A stretch of DNA of 64,000 nucleotides from an uncultured Sphingobium sp. (GTDB lineage: Bacteria; Pseudomonadota; Alphaproteobacteria; Sphingomonadales; Sphingomonadaceae), in contig CAZGVX010000001.1 in the NCBI GenBank assembly GCA_964529225.1, positions 74,020 to 138,019 of the forward strand, given 5' to 3'. Below the pieces are notes generated by a model. That model was not told the DNA's origin and did no database searches. It saw nothing but the letters and a program-made list of their open reading frames with translations. Positions 20,810 to 29,743 of this stretch are shown piece by piece. Made by a program: the position numbers and the translations under genes. How positions within the stretch are numbered: position 1 is the stretch's first letter; each line of letters opens with the position of its first letter.

Positions 20810-22240
20810 TCAGGCGAACAGCGCCTCCGGCTCCTCGATCAGCGCCTTGAAGGTGGCGAGGAAGGCCGCGCCGGCTGCTCCGTCGATCGCGCGGTGATCG
20901 ACCGACAATGTAAAGGACATGCGGCTTTCGAAGGCCATGTCGCCTTCGGACGTTTCGACCGGCTGACGCATCACGGCGCCGACCGCCAGAATGGCGCCCT
21001 GTGGCGGGTTGATGATCGCATCGAAACTCTCGATGCCCATCATCCCCAGATTGGAGACGGAGAAGGTGCCGCCTGCCATGTCCTCCATGCCGAGCCGACC
21101 GGCCATTGCCTTGTCGATGAGCGCGCGGCTGGCCATGGCGAGCTGGTCGATGCGCATAAGGTCCGCCTGGCGGACGACCGGCGTGACGAGCCCCTTGGGG
21201 CTGGCGACGGCAATCGCGATATCGGCATGCGGAAACTGGTGAACCTCCTGGCCGTGAACCTGAACATTCACATCCGGATGGCGCGCCAGCGCCACTGCCG
21301 CCGCCCTGACCACATAGTCGTTGATCGTGGCCTTGCAGCCAAGCACCAGATTGGCCGTTCTGCGCAGCGCCATCAGTGCATCGACACGCGCCGAGATGCG
21401 CAGGTAGAAATGCGGTATGTCCTGCTTCGCACTGGTCAGCCGCTGGGCAACGACTTTGCGGATGCGGTCGAAGGGGACGATGGTCGGCCGGTTCTCGCCG
21501 GGGATGAAGTCCGGCGTCCCGAAAGCGCCCGGCCCGGCGACCCTGGTGGGGACGAGCGCCAGCACGTCGTTTTTGGAAATGCGTCCGCGCGGGCCTGTCC
21601 CGGCGACACCTGCCAGATTGACGCCATGCAGCGCCGCGATCCGCCGGGCGAGCGGCGAGGCGAAGATGGCGGTGTCGTCCGGCTGCATCTGGGCGACGCC
21701 GCGCAGCGCGGGCCGGGCGACTGGACGAAGCGCCTGGTCGACATCCTGATAGGTGATGCGTCCGCCTCGACCCGAACCGACGATGTCACTGATGTCGACA
21801 CCTTCCTGCTCGGCGAGCTTCAGCGCCTCCGGGCTGATCGGGCGGTTGGTGACGATTTTCGTCGGCGCTTTGGCGGGCGCGGCTGGCGCGGGCTCAGCGA
21901 CCGCGGCGGGCGCGTCGGTTCGCTTGGCAGCGACCTGCGTGTCGGCGGGCTTGAACCCGGCTATGAATGCGTCGATTTCGCCTGCATCCGTGCCGGGGGC
22001 GGCGAACACGCCGATCAAGGCGCCTACCGGCTGCGGCTCACCGCCGCCGGGGACGAGGATACGGGCCATCTCCGCATCAAATTCGGCCTCGACCTCATTG
22101 GTGATCTTGTCGGTTTCGATGAGGCACAGAAGCTGACCGCGCTTGAAGGTCTCGCCTTGCCGCACCATCCATTCCGCGACGGTGCCCTCGGTCATCTCGA
22201 TACCCCATTTGGGCATGCAGAACGGGCGTATGTCGGCCAT
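20810..22240 (-). CDS. acoC: 2-oxo-acid/acetoin dehydrogenase E2 (dihydrolipoamide acyltransferase)
   Basis: MPKWG...ETDK lipoyl domain, two PSBD repeats, catalytic DHRAIDG. Confidence 0.85.
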   Translation of the reverse strand: MADIRPFCMPKWGIEMTEGTVAEWMVRQGETFKRGQLLCLIETDKITNEVEAEFDAEMARILVPGGGEPQPVGALIGVFAAPGTDAGEIDAFIAGFKPADTQVAAKRTDAPAAVAEPAPAAPAKAPTKIVTNRPISPEALKLAEQEGVDISDIVGSGRGGRITYQDVDQALRPVARPALRGVAQMQPDDTAIFASPLARRIAALHGVNLAGVAGTGPRGRISKNDVLALVPTRVAGPGAFGTPDFIPGENRPTIVPFDRIRKVVAQRLTSAKQDIPHFYLRISARVDALMALRRTANLVLGCKATINDYVVRAAAVALARHPDVNVQVHGQEVHQFPHADIAIAVASPKGLVTPVVRQADLMRIDQLAMASRALIDKAMAGRLGMEDMAGGTFSVSNLGMMGIESFDAIINPPQGAILAVGAVMRQPVETSEGDMAFESRMSFTLSVDHRAIDGAAGAAFLATFKALIEEPEALFA

Positions 22241-22251
22241 CTTGCCCTCCC

Positions 22252-23262
22252 TCAGCGCCAGGCGAGGAGCTTGCGCACCGCCGCCTCGATCTTTTCCGCC
22301 GACGGGAGATAGGCGCTCTCCAGCTCGCGGGCGAAGGGGATGGGCGTGTGCGGCGGCGTGACCGCCTCCGGCGGTGCCTTGAGGCTGGCGAATGCCTTGT
22401 TCGCGACGAGCGCGCAAATGTCGGCGGCAAGGCCGCAGCGCGGCGGCGCTTCATCAACGATCAGGAACCGGCCGGTCACTTCGACCGAGTCGAGGATTGC
22501 CTCCTCGTCCAGCGGGCTTGTGGTGCGCAGGTCGATGACATCGCAGCCTATGCCTTCGCCCGCCAGCTTGTCCGCCACCGCCTCGCAGAAGCCCAGCAGC
22601 AGGCCGGAGGAGACGATGGTGACGTCCTCACCCGCGCGCGACAGGCGTGCGTGACCGAACGGCACCATATGCTCGCCGTCGGGCACGTCGCCTTTCATGC
22701 CATAGAGCGCCTTGTGCTCAAGGAAGATGACCGGATCGTCGTCGCGGATCGCCTGCCTGAGCAGGCCCGCGACATCGGCGGGCGTCGAGGGCATCACGAC
22801 CTTGAGGCCGGGCATGCCGGTCAGTATCTGGTGCACCGACTGGCTATGCTGCGCGGCGGCGTTGTAGCCGGCGCCATAGGCCATGCGAATGACGGCGGGG
22901 CATTTCGATTTGCCGCCGAACATGTAACGGAACTTGGCCGTCTGGTTCCAGATCTGGTCAAGCGAAACGCCGATGAAGTCCGCGAACATGAGTTCCGCGA
23001 TCGGGCGTTTGCCCGCGAGCGCAAGGCCGCCAGCCGCGCCGATGATCGCGCTTTCCGAAATCGGCGTGTCGATCACACGGTCCTTGCCGAACTTGCTGAA
23101 CAGGCCGGTCGAGGTCGACCAGATGCCGCCGATGGCTTCCGGGCCGCCAGCTGTCCCCATCCCGCCCACCACGTCCTCGCCCAGCACGACGACATCGGGA
23201 TCGCGCTCCATCTCGGCGGCGATCGTCGAAAGGACCGCTTCGCGATACATCATGCTTGCCAT
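22252..23262 (-). CDS. acoB: TPP-dependent acetoin dehydrogenase-like E1 beta
   Basis: RVIDTPISESAIIG, AAQHSQ, FLEHKALY, IDLRT. Confidence 0.85.
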   Translation of the reverse strand: MASMMYREAVLSTIAAEMERDPDVVVLGEDVVGGMGTAGGPEAIGGIWSTSTGLFSKFGKDRVIDTPISESAIIGAAGGLALAGKRPIAELMFADFIGVSLDQIWNQTAKFRYMFGGKSKCPAVIRMAYGAGYNAAAQHSQSVHQILTGMPGLKVVMPSTPADVAGLLRQAIRDDDPVIFLEHKALYGMKGDVPDGEHMVPFGHARLSRAGEDVTIVSSGLLLGFCEAVADKLAGEGIGCDVIDLRTTSPLDEEAILDSVEVTGRFLIVDEAPPRCGLAADICALVANKAFASLKAPPEAVTPPHTPIPFARELESAYLPSAEKIEAAVRKLLAWR

Positions 23263-23279
23263 TGTCCGCGATCCTTTCG

Positions 23280-24266
23280 TCAGTAGCTGATGTAGACGTC
23301 GGCAAGGACGTCCTCGGCCGTTGGCCGTTCGGCGGCGCGTGCCGCGTCGACTGCGCTTTCGATGGCGGCCAGCACCTCGGCGTCGAGCGCGTCGAGATCG
23401 GCGTCGGTTAGCAGTGCGGCGCCGGTCACGCTCGCGCGGAATTTCTTGAGGCAATCGCGGGTTTCGCGGATGCGGTCGAGCTCGCCGGGGCCGCGATAGC
23501 GTTGCGGATCGCCCTCGAAATGACCGAAGAAGCGTTCGGTGTCATATTCTACCGCCGCCGGGCCGTTGCCGGCACGCACATAGTCGAGCACGTCGCGCAT
23601 CGTTTCGTGCACGGCAAAGAAGTCGGTGCCGTCGGCCCGCCAGACCTTCATGCCGAAGGCTTCGGCGCGGCTGGCGATATCCTTGTTTGTGCCAACCGCA
23701 TACTCGACGCCGGTATGTTCGGAATAATGGTTATTCTCGAACACGAAGATGCAGGGCGCACCGGTCACGACCGCGAAGTTCATTGCCTCGAACGTGGTGC
23801 CCTGGTTGCAGGCGCCGTCTCCTGAAAAGGCGATGGACACCTTCAGCTTGCCGTCTGCATCCGGGCCGTCGAGCTTGGCCGCCAGCGCCGCACCCACCGC
23901 AATGGGTGCGCCCGCGCCGACGATGCCGTTCGCGCCGAGCATGCCGACATCGGTATCGGCGATGTGCATGGAGCCACCCTTGCCTTTGCAGAGGCCCTCC
24001 CGGCTGCCCCATATTTCCTTCATCATGGCGTTCACGTCGCAGCCCTTGGCGAGGCAATGGCCGTGGCCGCGATGCGTGGAGATGATCTTGTCGGCGGACG
24101 AGAGATGCTCGCACACGCCGACCGCGACGGCTTCCTGCCCGCAGTACAGATGCGTGAAGCCGGCAATCTCGCCGGTCTGGATCTCGACATGGAGGCGCTC
24201 CTCGAATTCGCGGATCACCTTCATCTGCCGATATGCTCGCAAGAGCGCCTCGCGGCTCAGCTGCAT
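23280..24266 (-). CDS. acoA: TPP-dependent acetoin dehydrogenase-like E1 alpha
   Basis: HLYCGQEA, THRGHGH, GSMH, GDGA...ENN, GHFEGD. Confidence 0.85.
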   Translation of the reverse strand: MQLSREALLRAYRQMKVIREFEERLHVEIQTGEIAGFTHLYCGQEAVAVGVCEHLSSADKIISTHRGHGHCLAKGCDVNAMMKEIWGSREGLCKGKGGSMHIADTDVGMLGANGIVGAGAPIAVGAALAAKLDGPDADGKLKVSIAFSGDGACNQGTTFEAMNFAVVTGAPCIFVFENNHYSEHTGVEYAVGTNKDIASRAEAFGMKVWRADGTDFFAVHETMRDVLDYVRAGNGPAAVEYDTERFFGHFEGDPQRYRGPGELDRIRETRDCLKKFRASVTGAALLTDADLDALDAEVLAAIESAVDAARAAERPTAEDVLADVYISY

Positions 24267-24285
24267 CGTCTCTCTCCGTTATGTG

Positions 24286-25494
24286 TCACAGGCCAAGCAC
24301 AGACTTGGCGATGATGTTTGCCTGCACCTCGTTTGTCCCGCCGAATATGGTCCAGGCCCGGCTGTTAAGATATCGTGGCGCTGCAAGCTGCGCGGCGCGG
24401 CTGCCGACCGGGGCGGGGGCATTGTCGCCGTAGAAAGGCCGCACGTCGCTCAGCTGAAGCCCGGCAGGACCATGGAGATCGACCGCAAGCAGGTCGATCT
24501 CCTGCCGCAGGTTGGAAGCGAGCAGCTTTGTGAGGGATGTCTGGGGACCGGGCTCGCGCCCCTGCGCCACATCGGCGAGGATCTTGAGCTCGATCATCTC
24601 GAGCGCCTGCGCGGAAAGGCGCGCCCTGGCGATCCGTCGCCGCCACTGCGCATCGTTCGCCATCACGCCGCCCCGGCCGTCGCCGAGCGTCGTGGCCGCC
24701 TCATCGAGCCGATCGAGATCCGCGCCGAGCTTGGGCGCATGGCATGAACCACCCCGCTCGTTTTCAAGGAGGAACTTCGCGATTTTCCACCCATCGCCTT
24801 CCTCGCCCACGCGATCCGATGCCGGCACCACAACATTTTCAAGGAAAACCTGATTGACCTCATGATCGCCCGCCATGGTCAGGATCGGGCGGACGGAGAT
24901 GCCGGGCTGCGCCATGTCGACGAGGAAAAAGCTGATCCCGGCCTGCTTGCGCCCTGTCGTGTCAGTGCGCGCGAGGCAGAACATACGGTTGGCGTGGTGG
25001 GCGTGGGTGGTCCAGATTTTCGAGCCGTTGAGGATATAATTGTCGCCGTCCCGCACCGCGCGGCAACCCAGTGAGGCAAGATCGGACCCGCTGCCCGGTT
25101 CCGAAAAGCCCTGGCACCAATAGTCCTCGCCCGACAGGATGCGGGGAAGATAGTGGCTTTTCTGGTTATCGGTTCCGAAGGTATAGATCACTGGCGCAAC
25201 GAGCTTAAGGCTGAGCACGGTGAGGTTCGGCGCCCCGGCCAGCGCACATTCCTTCTCGAAAATGTAACGCTGCACCGGCGTCCAGCCAGTCCCGCCATGT
25301 TCGGCGGGCCATTGATAGCCTAGCCAGCCCTTCGCGTTCAGGACCGCGTTCCAGGTCTGTCCTATATCCGGTTCTACAAAGACGGACGGCGTTGCGGCCG
25401 CGCCCTCGCGCACGGCGTCCGGCAGGGATGCGGCCAGAAATGCGCGAACATCTTCGCGAAAGGCGCTATCTTCGGGTGAGAGATCAATATCCAT
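24286..25494 (-). CDS. Acyl-CoA dehydrogenase, large subunit of heteromeric (PimC-like) type
   Basis: WCQGFSEPGSGSDLASL, NQVFL, TIFGGTNEVQ. Confidence 0.85.
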   Translation of the reverse strand: MDIDLSPEDSAFREDVRAFLAASLPDAVREGAAATPSVFVEPDIGQTWNAVLNAKGWLGYQWPAEHGGTGWTPVQRYIFEKECALAGAPNLTVLSLKLVAPVIYTFGTDNQKSHYLPRILSGEDYWCQGFSEPGSGSDLASLGCRAVRDGDNYILNGSKIWTTHAHHANRMFCLARTDTTGRKQAGISFFLVDMAQPGISVRPILTMAGDHEVNQVFLENVVVPASDRVGEEGDGWKIAKFLLENERGGSCHAPKLGADLDRLDEAATTLGDGRGGVMANDAQWRRRIARARLSAQALEMIELKILADVAQGREPGPQTSLTKLLASNLRQEIDLLAVDLHGPAGLQLSDVRPFYGDNAPAPVGSRAAQLAAPRYLNSRAWTIFGGTNEVQANIIAKSVLGL

Positions 25495-26639
25495 CAGCGT
25501 TCCAGAATGGTCACGGCGGAGACACCGGGCGCGCCATAGACATGGCTGTAGGCGGTCTTGGGATCGCCCGGCACCTGGCGTGCGCCGCCGCGCCCGCGCA
25601 GTTGCACGACATTTTCATAGACCTGTCGCAGGCCCGAGGCGCCGATCGGCTCGCCGCAGGCGAGGCAGCCGCCATCCGTGTTGACGGGCAGCGCGCCGCC
25701 GATCTCGGTCAGCCCCTCGGCGAGCCATCGCTCCTGCTCACCGTCGCGGCAAAAGCCGTTCTCGGCCATGTGCATCACTTCGGCGCCCGCTTCGGTATCC
25801 TGGAGCTGAGCCACGGCAATATCCTCCGGCCCGATGCCCGCGAGGCGGAACGCATCGGTCGAGGCGATGTTGGTCGCGGACCCGCCGCGCTGAATGTCGA
25901 TGGCCGGCGCAAATACCTCGAACGAGCCGGGCGGCCGGGTGCGCATGGTGGCGGCCTTGAGCCGGATGATCGGGCCGCCAAGTTCGCGCGTCTTTTTTTC
26001 GCTCGCGAGTATCAGGGCGACGCCCCCCTCGGCGGGCGAGCAGAACATGAACTTGCTGTAGGGGTCGCTTACCATCGGCCCGTCCAGGATTTCGTCCAGC
26101 GGCACCGGCGCGCGACGCCAGGCATGGGGTGCATGGACCGCGTTGCGAAAGGCTTTCTCCGCCACCCGGCCGAGGGTCGTCCGGCTGATGCCATGCTCAT
26201 GCATATAGCGCGTGATCTTGCAGGCGAAGAATTGGGTCGTGATCATGTAGCCCGCTTCCCCATACCATTCGGGAAGGCCATATTCGGATGGCAGCGCATT
26301 GAAGGCGCCGCGCGGATGCTTGTCGAAGCCGACGGCCAGACCGATGTCATATTCGCCCGACTTGATCGCCATCTGCGTGGAAAACAGCGCCGAGCCGCCA
26401 GCCGCGCAGCCGTTGCGCACGTTGATGAACTGGATGCCGGTAAGACCGAGCCGCTCGACCATCGTGTCGGGATTGCCGGCGGCATCCGATGCGCCATAGG
26501 CGAACTGGACGTCGCTCCATTCGATCCCGGCGTCGGCGAGCGCCTCGCGCACCGCATAGACGCCCTGTTCGACGCCGGAACGCCCGTCGGTTCTGCCAAA
26601 GGGGTGGATGCCCGCCCCGATGATGCACACATCGCTCAT
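25494..26639 (-). CDS. SCP-x-type thiolase-like protein with atypical active-site motifs
   Basis: NGCAAGG retained; QDTE and GEP replace HDCF and GHP. Confidence 0.8.
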   Translation of the reverse strand: MSDVCIIGAGIHPFGRTDGRSGVEQGVYAVREALADAGIEWSDVQFAYGASDAAGNPDTMVERLGLTGIQFINVRNGCAAGGSALFSTQMAIKSGEYDIGLAVGFDKHPRGAFNALPSEYGLPEWYGEAGYMITTQFFACKITRYMHEHGISRTTLGRVAEKAFRNAVHAPHAWRRAPVPLDEILDGPMVSDPYSKFMFCSPAEGGVALILASEKKTRELGGPIIRLKAATMRTRPPGSFEVFAPAIDIQRGGSATNIASTDAFRLAGIGPEDIAVAQLQDTEAGAEVMHMAENGFCRDGEQERWLAEGLTEIGGALPVNTDGGCLACGEPIGASGLRQVYENVVQLRGRGGARQVPGDPKTAYSHVYGAPGVSAVTILER

Positions 26640-27031
26640 CGCGCGCTGCTCCCCGGTCGAAAGGCGTGGATCAGGACGGGTTCCGCCGCTTGCGGATCAA
26701 GCGGCACCTGCGTCAGCGCGAGCGGCATGCCGATCCTGATCTGGTCGAAGGCGACATCAACCAGCCGCCCCTCGACGATGGTTTCACCCGGCAGCTCGAC
26801 ATAGCCGACAGCCCAGGGCTGAAAGGCCTCCGGTCCGGCATAGGGTGGCGATTTGGGGCGATACCGCTGGACAGTCCAGGACCATAGCGTCCCTTCCCGC
26901 CCGAGCGGCCAGGGTTCATAGTCCGCGCTGTCCGGGCATGGAAAGACGATGCGGCCGCTCGCGCGATCCCGACCCCCGATGAGGCGGACCGGATCGTCAT
27001 TCGTGAACAGCCCTTGGGCAATCGCCTGCAT
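26636..27031 (-). CDS. DUF35/OB-fold thiolase partner
   Basis: GTLWSWTV...VGYVELP OB-fold; coupled to thiolase; start ATG 27031. Confidence 0.8.
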   Translation of the reverse strand: MQAIAQGLFTNDDPVRLIGGRDRASGRIVFPCPDSADYEPWPLGREGTLWSWTVQRYRPKSPPYAGPEAFQPWAVGYVELPGETIVEGRLVDVAFDQIRIGMPLALTQVPLDPQAAEPVLIHAFRPGSSAR

Positions 27032-27102
27032 CAAGTTCCCTCGCCCTGTCGCCGAGTCCGTTATCAGCGTTCCTGATACGCCGCGTCGATCCAGCTTTCC
27101 GA

Positions 27103-27135
27103 CTCTGCAAAACGCTAGGGTAGTCTTTGCAACAG
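27103..27135. promoter_or_regulatory. Pair of lux-box-like sites (27103-27118 minus CTAGCGTTTTGCAGAG; 27120-27135 plus GTAGTCTTTGCAACAG)
   Basis: Divergent promoter; first box 24 bp from minus-strand TATCAG (27078-27073). Confidence 0.45.
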
Positions 27136-27171
27136 TTTCTGACACTCTGCCGGCAACGGACGGGAGAGGTT

Positions 27172-28791
27172 ATGGACGGGGCGTGGGACTATATCATCGT
27201 CGGCGCAGGGTCGGCGGGTTGCGTTCTCGCCGAGCGGCTGAGCGCGGACGGAAGGTGCCGGGTGCTGCTGCTCGAGGCCGGTGGCGCTAACGAGAGCTTC
27301 TGGGTAACCCTCCCCAAGGGCGTCGCCAAGGTTGTGACCAACCCGGCCCACATCTGGGCCTACACGGTGTCCCAGCCGCGCACGGCCAACAGCAGTCAGC
27401 AGGAAATATGGATCCGGGGCAAAGGGCTGGGCGGTTCTTCGGCGGTCAACGGCATGATCTGGAACCGGGGCGAACCGGCGGACTATGACGGGTGGGAAGC
27501 AGCCGGCGCGACCGGCTGGAACGCCGGGACGATGAAGCAGGCCTATCTGGAGCTTGAGGATCATGCGGCCGGTCCCGGCGAGATGCGGGGCGCTGGCGGG
27601 CTGGTTCATGTCGACCCCGCCATTTACCGCTATCCCCTTGCCGAGCGGATGATTGAATCCGGCGCAGCGATCGGCCTTGCACCCGTGGACGATCTCAACG
27701 CCAGCGCCGGGCCTCGCGTCGGCCTCTACAGCCACAATATCCGCAAGGGTCGGCGGGAAAGCGCGGCCCGGACGTATCTCGCCGCCGCGCGTGGCCGCGC
27801 GAACCTGCGCGTCGTGACCGGCGCGCTCGCTGAGCGCATCGTGATCGAGGGGCGCAAGGTTGTCGCGGTCGAGGCGACCGTTGATGGCGCGCCACGACGC
27901 TTCGATTGCGCCGGGGAAGTTATTGTCTCGGCGGGCGCGATGGAAAGTCCCCTCCTGCTCCAGCGGTCGGGCATCGGCGATACTGAGCGCCTGATCGCCG
28001 CTGGCGTTGAGCCGGTGCACCATTCGCCGGACGTCGGCGAGCGGATGGTCGAGCATCTGTCCTTTTCCATGCCGCACCGGCTGGAGCGGGGACGGGGCAC
28101 CCACCGCAATTTCTTCGGCATTGGCGCCGCGCTCGCCATGGCGCGCTATCTCGTCTTTCGCGATGGCATCATGGCGACAGGGCCATTCGAAGTGGGTGGT
28201 TTCTGCAACGTCCATCACCCCGATGGACGCACCGACGCACAACTCTATCTCGGTGGCTACACCTTTGCCGTCGGCGACGACAATGATCCCGTGCCGCTCG
28301 ACAAGATCGACCCGCGCCCCGGCATCACCATCTACGGCTCGCTGCTGCGCCTGACCAGCGAAGCCTCGGTCCGTATCGCGGGGCCATCCTCGGCCGACGC
28401 GCCTGTCATCCTGCCCAACTGGCTCAGCACCGACCATGACCGGCAGTCCGCGATCAAGCTCGTCCGGACGATGCGCCGGTTCATGGCAGCGCCGCCGCTG
28501 CGCGACATGGTGGGACAGGAAGTCATCCCCGGGAGCGATGTCCGGTCGGACGAGGCAGTGCTCGCCGCCTTTCGTCGCCTGTCGAGCTGCGGCCTCCATG
28601 CCATCCGGTCCTGCCGTATGGGCACCGATGCCCGCGCCGTTGTCGATCCGCGCCTGAAGGTCAACGGGATCGAGGGTCTGCGCGTGGCCGACTGCTCGGT
28701 CATTCCTGCGCATGTGACCGCGAATACCAATGCTCCGGCCATGGCGATCGGTCTGCGCGGGGCCGAGATGATCCGGGCCGACCGGCGATGA
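27172..28791 (+). CDS. GMC oxidoreductase (alcohol/choline dehydrogenase-like)
   Basis: DYIIVGAGSAG, RGKGLGGSSAVNGM, H..SCRMG, LRVADCS, NTNAP. Confidence 0.9.
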   Translation: MDGAWDYIIVGAGSAGCVLAERLSADGRCRVLLLEAGGANESFWVTLPKGVAKVVTNPAHIWAYTVSQPRTANSSQQEIWIRGKGLGGSSAVNGMIWNRGEPADYDGWEAAGATGWNAGTMKQAYLELEDHAAGPGEMRGAGGLVHVDPAIYRYPLAERMIESGAAIGLAPVDDLNASAGPRVGLYSHNIRKGRRESAARTYLAAARGRANLRVVTGALAERIVIEGRKVVAVEATVDGAPRRFDCAGEVIVSAGAMESPLLLQRSGIGDTERLIAAGVEPVHHSPDVGERMVEHLSFSMPHRLERGRGTHRNFFGIGAALAMARYLVFRDGIMATGPFEVGGFCNVHHPDGRTDAQLYLGGYTFAVGDDNDPVPLDKIDPRPGITIYGSLLRLTSEASVRIAGPSSADAPVILPNWLSTDHDRQSAIKLVRTMRRFMAAPPLRDMVGQEVIPGSDVRSDEAVLAAFRRLSSCGLHAIRSCRMGTDARAVVDPRLKVNGIEGLRVADCSVIPAHVTANTNAPAMAIGLRGAEMIRADRR

Positions 28792-28810
28792 CTCGCCCGG
28801 CCCGGAGATG

Positions 28811-29581
28811 TCAGCGATGCAGCGAGATATAGCCTAGCTGCGCCGCCTTGAACACGGTCTGGCTGCGGTTGACGGCGTTCAGCTTGAGCGAGGCGTTGTG
28901 AATGTGAAAGCGGACCGTCGCGCGGCTGCGGGCCATGATCATGCTGATCTCGAGGTCGGTCTTGCCGACGGCGGCCCAGCGGAGGCACTCCACTTCGCGC
29001 TTTGACAGGCGGTTTTCGGGCGGCAGCGCCTGAACCGACCCGGTGACATGGACATAGGTCGCGATGAACACCTGCGCATAGACGCCCAGCGCATCGCCAT
29101 GCTCCGCGAACGGTTCGGCAAGGTCGGTCAGCTCGGGACTGAGGGGGTTGAAGCTGACCACGCCAATCTGGCCAAACGGCAGATGGATCGGCACGACAAT
29201 CGCCGCCGGGGTCATCGCGCGGGCTTCGAAGTTGGTTAGGTCGATCGAGTCGAGATAGGGGCTCGGCTGGCGTGTGTGGAAGCCGTTGGCATTCACCCAG
29301 AATGGCTGGCTTTCGAAACGGCAAGCCGATGTGATCGGCGAATCCAGCGCGATGCGGCTATTGCGCCACCACACCCGTTCCTCAGTCCACCCGAATACAT
29401 CGCGCGCAAGCGGGTTGCCGTCCGCATCCACCGGGGTGCGCTTGTCAGCGATGTCGTGAGCGGGCGCGGCTCGAAAGCCGCAGTCCATGGCTATCTCGTG
29501 CAGCGCCTCCGCCGCCTTTCGCACGTCATCAGGTTTGTTAACCCGGACGGCGTCGATCCGCTCCTGCAAAATGACAGCCAC
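28811..29581 (-). CDS. LuxR-family regulator with degenerate autoinducer-binding domain (LuxR solo 2)
   Basis: LSKREVECLRWAAVGKT HTH; N-domain WW...DSPI...PFW; GTG 29581 preceded by GAGAGGG. Confidence 0.85.
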   Translation of the reverse strand: MAVILQERIDAVRVNKPDDVRKAAEALHEIAMDCGFRAAPAHDIADKRTPVDADGNPLARDVFGWTEERVWWRNSRIALDSPITSACRFESQPFWVNANGFHTRQPSPYLDSIDLTNFEARAMTPAAIVVPIHLPFGQIGVVSFNPLSPELTDLAEPFAEHGDALGVYAQVFIATYVHVTGSVQALPPENRLSKREVECLRWAAVGKTDLEISMIMARSRATVRFHIHNASLKLNAVNRSQTVFKAAQLGYISLHR

Positions 29582-29640
29582 GTAGACCCTCTCATTCTTG
29601 GAGCCCCGTTTATCGCAGGGTTCTATATCGAACAATGCTT

Positions 29641-29683
29641 TGCCCCAAAAGATCAGTTCGTTCCGGCCTGATATTTTGGGCAG
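29641..29683. promoter_or_regulatory. Head-to-head twin lux-box-like sites at luxR2/ACAD divergent promoter
   Basis: 29641-29656 minus CTGATCTTTTGGGGCA; 29668-29683 plus CTGATATTTTGGGCAG; together a 13-bp-arm inverted repeat. Confidence 0.65.
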
Positions 29684-29743
29684 CATCATCGCCTCGCCGA
29701 AGCTGATACCGACTGGGACCAAACCGGCGATGGGAGAGCATAG

